From the NCBI GenBank assembly GCA_965218695.1, contig CBDCLR010000002.1, positions 1 through 11,046 on the forward strand: a DNA stretch of 11,046 bases. The letters are read 5' to 3'. Positions within the stretch are counted from its first letter, which is position 1. Every line of letters starts with the position of its first letter. This DNA is from Nitrosopumilus sp. (lineage in GTDB: Archaea; Thermoproteota; Nitrososphaeria; Nitrososphaerales; Nitrosopumilaceae). A program made the translations under genes and the position numbers. Positions 7,647 through 11,046 of this stretch are shown here, piece after piece. The notes under the pieces were generated by a model that saw only the letters and a program-made list of their open reading frames with translations, was not told where the DNA came from and did no database searches.

Positions 7647-7848
7647 GGCTCTGGTAAATTCTAGTGATCTCTGCCGTTCACTGTTCAAGAGTGTGTTTTA
7701 GGATCTTTTCCGGATTCAATCTCGCCGCATTTCGTCATGGCGTTCAAAAGTGTGGTGCCTTCCACAAGGCTGTTCAAAAGTATGTTGAGTCGCTCTTGCA
7801 CCTTGGTGGTAAATTTTGGTGATCTGATCACCAAAATCTACCAGAGCC
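7647..7848 (+). mobile_element. MITE-like GGCTCTGG element, copy 2 (tandem with copy 1)
   Basis: Starts GGCTCTGGTAAATTCTAGTGATC and ends GATCACCAAAATCTACCAGAGCC (imperfect 23-bp TIR). No coding capacity. Confidence 0.8.
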
Positions 7849-8380
7849 ATATCGGAGACCGCGCCCAGCGTGATCTGCACCAGCACGATGCAGTTTGCTG
7901 ACCAAACATTCGAGGAGAGCGTCGAGAAATCCGGCCTGATCGTCGTTGGAACCGTGGTGGACGTGGGAATCAAGGTATTCCCGGAGGACATCATGGACGT
8001 GGACGAGGACGGCAACGAGTACGTCCTGGAGCACAACGGGATCCCGAGGGCGGAGGTAACGGTTCAAATTCAGGAGGTACTAAAGGACGATGTAGGCCTG
8101 ACTTCTGAGACCGTGACATTCTATGACGACGTGAACGACGCGATCGGGGAAAGCGACAGCCAAAAGGCCAAGTACATCTCGCAATACGCCATAGACTACC
8201 AGAAAGGCGACAGGGGACTCTTCCTCATAGACAACGACAGGGGGCTGAGCATGCTCGGCTACTCCTCGTACTACGATACTGGAGGGAAAGGAGACCATAA
8301 CCACGGAATTGGACAAGCTTCTCGGGAAGGAGTCGCTTGACCTGTCTGAAGCCAAAGAGATCGCGCAAAACGACGGTTAA
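7849..8380 (+). pseudogene. Acidic hypothetical protein, 5'-truncated and frameshifted
   Basis: Frame is open right up to the element end at 7848 (ISETAPSVICTSTMQF…). After YSSYY (~8275) another frame continues ILEGKETITTELDKLLGKESLDLSEAKEIAQNDG* to TAA 8378-8380, just before a T-tract. Confidence 0.65.
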
Positions 8381-8390
8381 AAACCACCAA

Positions 8391-8402
8391 CTCTCTTTTT
8401 TT
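8391..8402 (+). terminator. Archaeal oligo-T terminator
   Basis: CTCTCTTTTTTT about 10 bp after TAA 8380. Confidence 0.5.
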
Positions 8403-8510
8403 CATGATACGCTAATGGATTTCATGCACATCCGATGATGCCATGCATCAGGCGCTAGTTCAATCCAGATTGAAGATTTTGTTATTACGATCTGACGTGC
8501 ATACAACGCA

Positions 8511-9644
8511 ATGAATAGAACAACAGCGACGATCTTTGTAGCAACACTGGCTGTGGGATTGATTGGATCTACCTTTGCGCTGTCGCAAGACATTATGGCG
8601 CAGGGCGGCATCGGGCAAAACACCATAAAATCCGAACCGCCGACATTCGACACTCCTGACATACAGCGGATGACAGAGATTGTGCGACAACTACACGACG
8701 AGGCGACGACAGAATCCGAGAGGGCGGAACTGATTGAAGAAGCACAACAGATCAAAAGATCTCACGAGCAAAGGTTCGACAGCACGGCAAGACAGGCAAT
8801 GCTGGACAAGAAAGACGTGATAGTCGAGTACATATCCGGCAACCTGAATCTCAGGTCGTTTGACGACTTCACGTCAGAGTTTCCAGTCTCCGGCCTGTAC
8901 GTGGACAGCGCCACCAACAAGCTGGTAGTCAACGTCTTCCCGGACGAATTCGACAGCAACGCAGAAAGCGTGCTGCAAAAGGTCAGGGAACTCGTGGGCA
9001 TGGACATCGACATCACAGTACAGCCGATGCCGGCAATAACCCCGCAATGCTCCCAAACAGGAAACTGCGAACCGGCCCAAGGGGGAGTCAAGATCTCAAC
9101 GGCGGAGGGCGCATGCAGCATGGGCTTCAAGGCAATGCGCAACGGTGACATCGGCTTTGTGACTGCGGGACACTGCACCGACGGCAGCACGGACGCGACC
9201 GTAGGCCAGCCAAACTACTACTACTGGGATCACATCGGTTCGGTTACTGCCAACAGCTACAGGTTCGGAAGCTCGGCTGACGCAATGTTCGTGGAGGCAG
9301 ACGAGAGCATCAGTGACAGGATATACAACAACATCGATATCAACTGGGCAGGAAGCACGGGATTGTTGGACGGGGTCCACATGGAAGGGCACACCTCGAA
9401 GGGAGTGTTAGGAGTCGTGGTGGACGTCTCGTACAGCTCCTACGTTGACAGCGTCTGGATAAACGACATGGCAGCGACGACCTATGATGGAGACGGTGGC
9501 GACAGCGGTGGACCCGTATACGGCTACATCCCGTCAACGAACTTCAAGGGAACACACGTAGGATCTAACGGAATAATATCGACGTCCTCGAAACAGGCAA
9601 ACATACTAGATGAGATCTCCGGCTTGTCTTGGAGATTCACCTAG
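8511..9644 (+). CDS. Secreted S1-family (chymotrypsin fold, alpha-lytic/streptogrisin-like) serine protease with prepro region
   Basis: Signal peptide and long pro-region. Catalytic motifs CSMGF…FVTAGHC (His), ADAMFV (Asp) and GDSGGP (Ser). Confidence 0.9.
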   Translation: MNRTTATIFVATLAVGLIGSTFALSQDIMAQGGIGQNTIKSEPPTFDTPDIQRMTEIVRQLHDEATTESERAELIEEAQQIKRSHEQRFDSTARQAMLDKKDVIVEYISGNLNLRSFDDFTSEFPVSGLYVDSATNKLVVNVFPDEFDSNAESVLQKVRELVGMDIDITVQPMPAITPQCSQTGNCEPAQGGVKISTAEGACSMGFKAMRNGDIGFVTAGHCTDGSTDATVGQPNYYYWDHIGSVTANSYRFGSSADAMFVEADESISDRIYNNIDINWAGSTGLLDGVHMEGHTSKGVLGVVVDVSYSSYVDSVWINDMAATTYDGDGGDSGGPVYGYIPSTNFKGTHVGSNGIISTSSKQANILDEISGLSWRFT

Positions 9645-10163
9645 CCTTTTTTTTAAATACAGCACCGCCAATCCCGCTATGACGACGACCAGCGGGTAAA
9701 CCAGCGGGTCTACTGACCGTACTTGGGGAGTTATGTGGCCGCCTACCTGTGTCACTTGGAGCATGTCAACCAGAAAGTAAGACAGCGCGGCAGACGCCCC
9801 CACTGCTGCAAACTTTACCGTCCTCTTGAACAGCTTCTTCAGGGCACCCTCGCTTTCCGTCCCCTCTGGCAGCACCAGGATGCCCGGATGTACCCTGAAA
9901 AACCTGTGCTCCTTTCCCTTCTTGGTGATCCTCCCGGTTCTTACCTCGACCAGCCCGATCGACTCCATCTTTTTGAGGTGGTGGATGACCAGGTTGGCCC
10001 TGAGGTTCAGCCTCCTTGCAATGTCGTTCGTGTAGCTCTCCTTATGGATTAGCAGCCTTATGATATCCCTGCTTGACTTGTTGCCAAGCAGTTCGCCCAA
10101 AATCTTCAGCTTGTCGTCATCAGAATAAAAGACATTGATCCTGCCAAACTCGTCATCTACCAT
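9606..10163 (-). CDS. Membrane-anchored ArsR-type winged-HTH transcriptional regulator
   Basis: ELLGNKSSRDIIRLL….YTNDIARRLNLRANLVIHHLKKMESIGLV winged HTH, plus two C-terminal hydrophobic segments (FAAVGASAALSYFLV; LVYPLVVVIAGLAVLYL). TTATTATAAG about 20-30 bp upstream. Confidence 0.85.
   Translation of the reverse strand: MVDDEFGRINVFYSDDDKLKILGELLGNKSSRDIIRLLIHKESYTNDIARRLNLRANLVIHHLKKMESIGLVEVRTGRITKKGKEHRFFRVHPGILVLPEGTESEGALKKLFKRTVKFAAVGASAALSYFLVDMLQVTQVGGHITPQVRSVDPLVYPLVVVIAGLAVLYLKKRLGESPRQAGDLI
9645..9654 (+). terminator. Oligo-T terminator of the protease gene
   Basis: CC followed by T8 immediately after TAG 9642-9644. Confidence 0.5.
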
Positions 10164-10360
10164 GGTTGTTGGAATAGCTTTGCTTATAATAAGCAGATCT
10201 GGGGTTCCGCATGATTCTCTGGTGACGTCTGGGACTGAGGCAAGCGGCCGGCACGCACCGTTATATATCTCCTGTATGTGTTCACGTCGTGCCTAATTTC
10301 GTTCACTCGGGGGTAAATTTTGCTTAAACCACAGATCCAAATAGGATGACGATTTAGGCC

Positions 10361-10603
10361 GGCTCTGGTAAATTTTGGTGATCTCGGCCGTTCGCTGTTC
10401 AATAGTGTGTTCTAGGATCCCCTCCAGATTCAATCCCGCCGCATTTCGTCACGGTGTTCAAAAGTGCGGTGCATTCAACAAGGCTGTTCAAAAGTGAGCT
10501 CGCTCATGTTTGCACCTTGGTGGTAGATTTTTGTGATCTCGGTCCATTCTTTTCTTGACCCTGGTAAATTTTGGTGATTTGATCACCAAAATCTACCAGA
10601 GCC
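10361..10603 (+). mobile_element. MITE-like GGCTCTGG element, copy 3
   Basis: GGCTCTGGTAAATTTTGGTGATC…three TGTTCAA boxes…two internal TIR-core copies…GATCACCAAAATCTACCAGAGCC. Confidence 0.8.
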
Positions 10604-10754
10604 GCAGGCCTCATAGGGTACAGGAAGAGCGGCGGCAAGATCATCACTCAGCCAAACTGCCACAAATGCAGGGCAGGGCTGTCCAAAAGCCCTAAAAAAC
10701 GCACGGGGGCAAACCGCAAAAGGATGGCAAAAAGATCCGTTCTCATGGGCACGA

Positions 10755-10952
10755 TCCAGAAAAGATCGAACTGAGATCACGAAAATCTACCACCAAGGTG
10801 TAAGTATAGCTCGGCTCACTTTTGAACAGCCTTGTGGAGGGCATCACACTTTTGAACACCATGACGAAATGCAACGGGATTGAATCAGGAGAAGATCCTA
10901 AAACACACTTTTGAACAGTGAACGGTAGAGATCACTAGAATTTACCAGAGCC
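10755..10952 (-). repeat. GGCTCTGG element long end, copy 4 (inverted)
   Basis: Reverse complement of 7494-7646 / 10361-10557. Three CACTTTTGAACA boxes. Ends GATCACTAGAATTTACCAGAGCC. Confidence 0.9.
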
Positions 10953-11015
10953 CAGCAGGATCCGCAGCTCACATTTGAACACCGGGCCAGGACGGATCAC
11001 GACTTTTGAACGGCA
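10953..11015 (-). repeat. Divergent GGCTCTGG-family element, right piece
   Basis: CAGCTCACATTTGAACA and GATCACGACTTTTGAACG boxes about 30 bp apart, colinear with boxes 2-3 of the family end. Confidence 0.6.
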
Positions 11016-11046
11016 GAACGGCGCCGACGAGAACCGCAGAAAACCA

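Larger units (their letters stand above)
7494..10952. mobile_element. Non-autonomous composite unit bounded by inverted ~150-bp ends with a near-perfect 8-bp flanking direct repeat
   Basis: Identical terminal 26-mers in inverted orientation. CAGCAGGG at 7486-7493 and CAGCAGGA at 10953-10960. The flanks rejoin into a related element. Confidence 0.65.

Noticed and set aside
7494-7848. CRISPR array from the recurring TGTTCAAAAGTG boxes
   Set aside because: Boxes are only 12 bp, the spacers are ~18 bp and conserved between copies rather than unique, and there are no cas genes.
811-10052. Numerous antisense and alternate-frame ORFs (e.g. 811-1080, 1985-2560, 2651-3082, 3272-3781, 5629-6354, 8762-9190, 9723-10052)
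   Set aside because: They are shadows of better-supported genes or read-throughs of repeats, with no motifs.
10353-10611. Target duplication around copy 3 (TTTAGGCC / GCAGGCCT)
   Set aside because: The shared AGGCC is out of register, so this is not a direct repeat abutting both ends.
3455-10952. Integron attC cassette array
   Set aside because: The repeats lack RYYYAAC/GTTRRRY cores, occur in both orientations, truncate genes rather than bounding them, and no integrase is present.

Overview
Accessory, mobile-element-rich region, most likely from an archaeon of the Nitrososphaerota/Nitrosopumilaceae type. That assignment is inferred from TATA-like boxes about 25 bp before leaderless starts, T-tract terminators, an SP..Q...C...PACV...KL..RG motif and a membrane-anchored ArsR-type regulator. 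Left half: a ~1.7-kb inverted duplication (786-~2460 / ~3595-5273). Each arm holds an IS5-family right-end remnant plus a ~470-aa secreted protein with two Ig-like repeats, and the arms enclose an AbrB/MazE-PemK/MazF toxin-antitoxin pair. The two protein copies differ mainly in clustered patches of the N-terminal half. Middle: a frameshifted IS630 sits between two oppositely oriented IS3-family transposase fragments. Right half: several copies of a non-coding element family with GGCTCTGGTAAATT..GTGATC termini and TGTTCAAAAGTG boxes at ~30-bp pitch. Two inverted long ends (7494 and 10952), flanked by CAGCAGGG/CAGCAGGA, delimit a transposase-less ~3.46-kb unit carrying a secreted S1 serine protease, a membrane-anchored HTH regulator and a decayed gene. 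Removing this unit rejoins an end of a related element, so it appears to have inserted into its own family. All alignments and counts were done by eye; no database searches were run.
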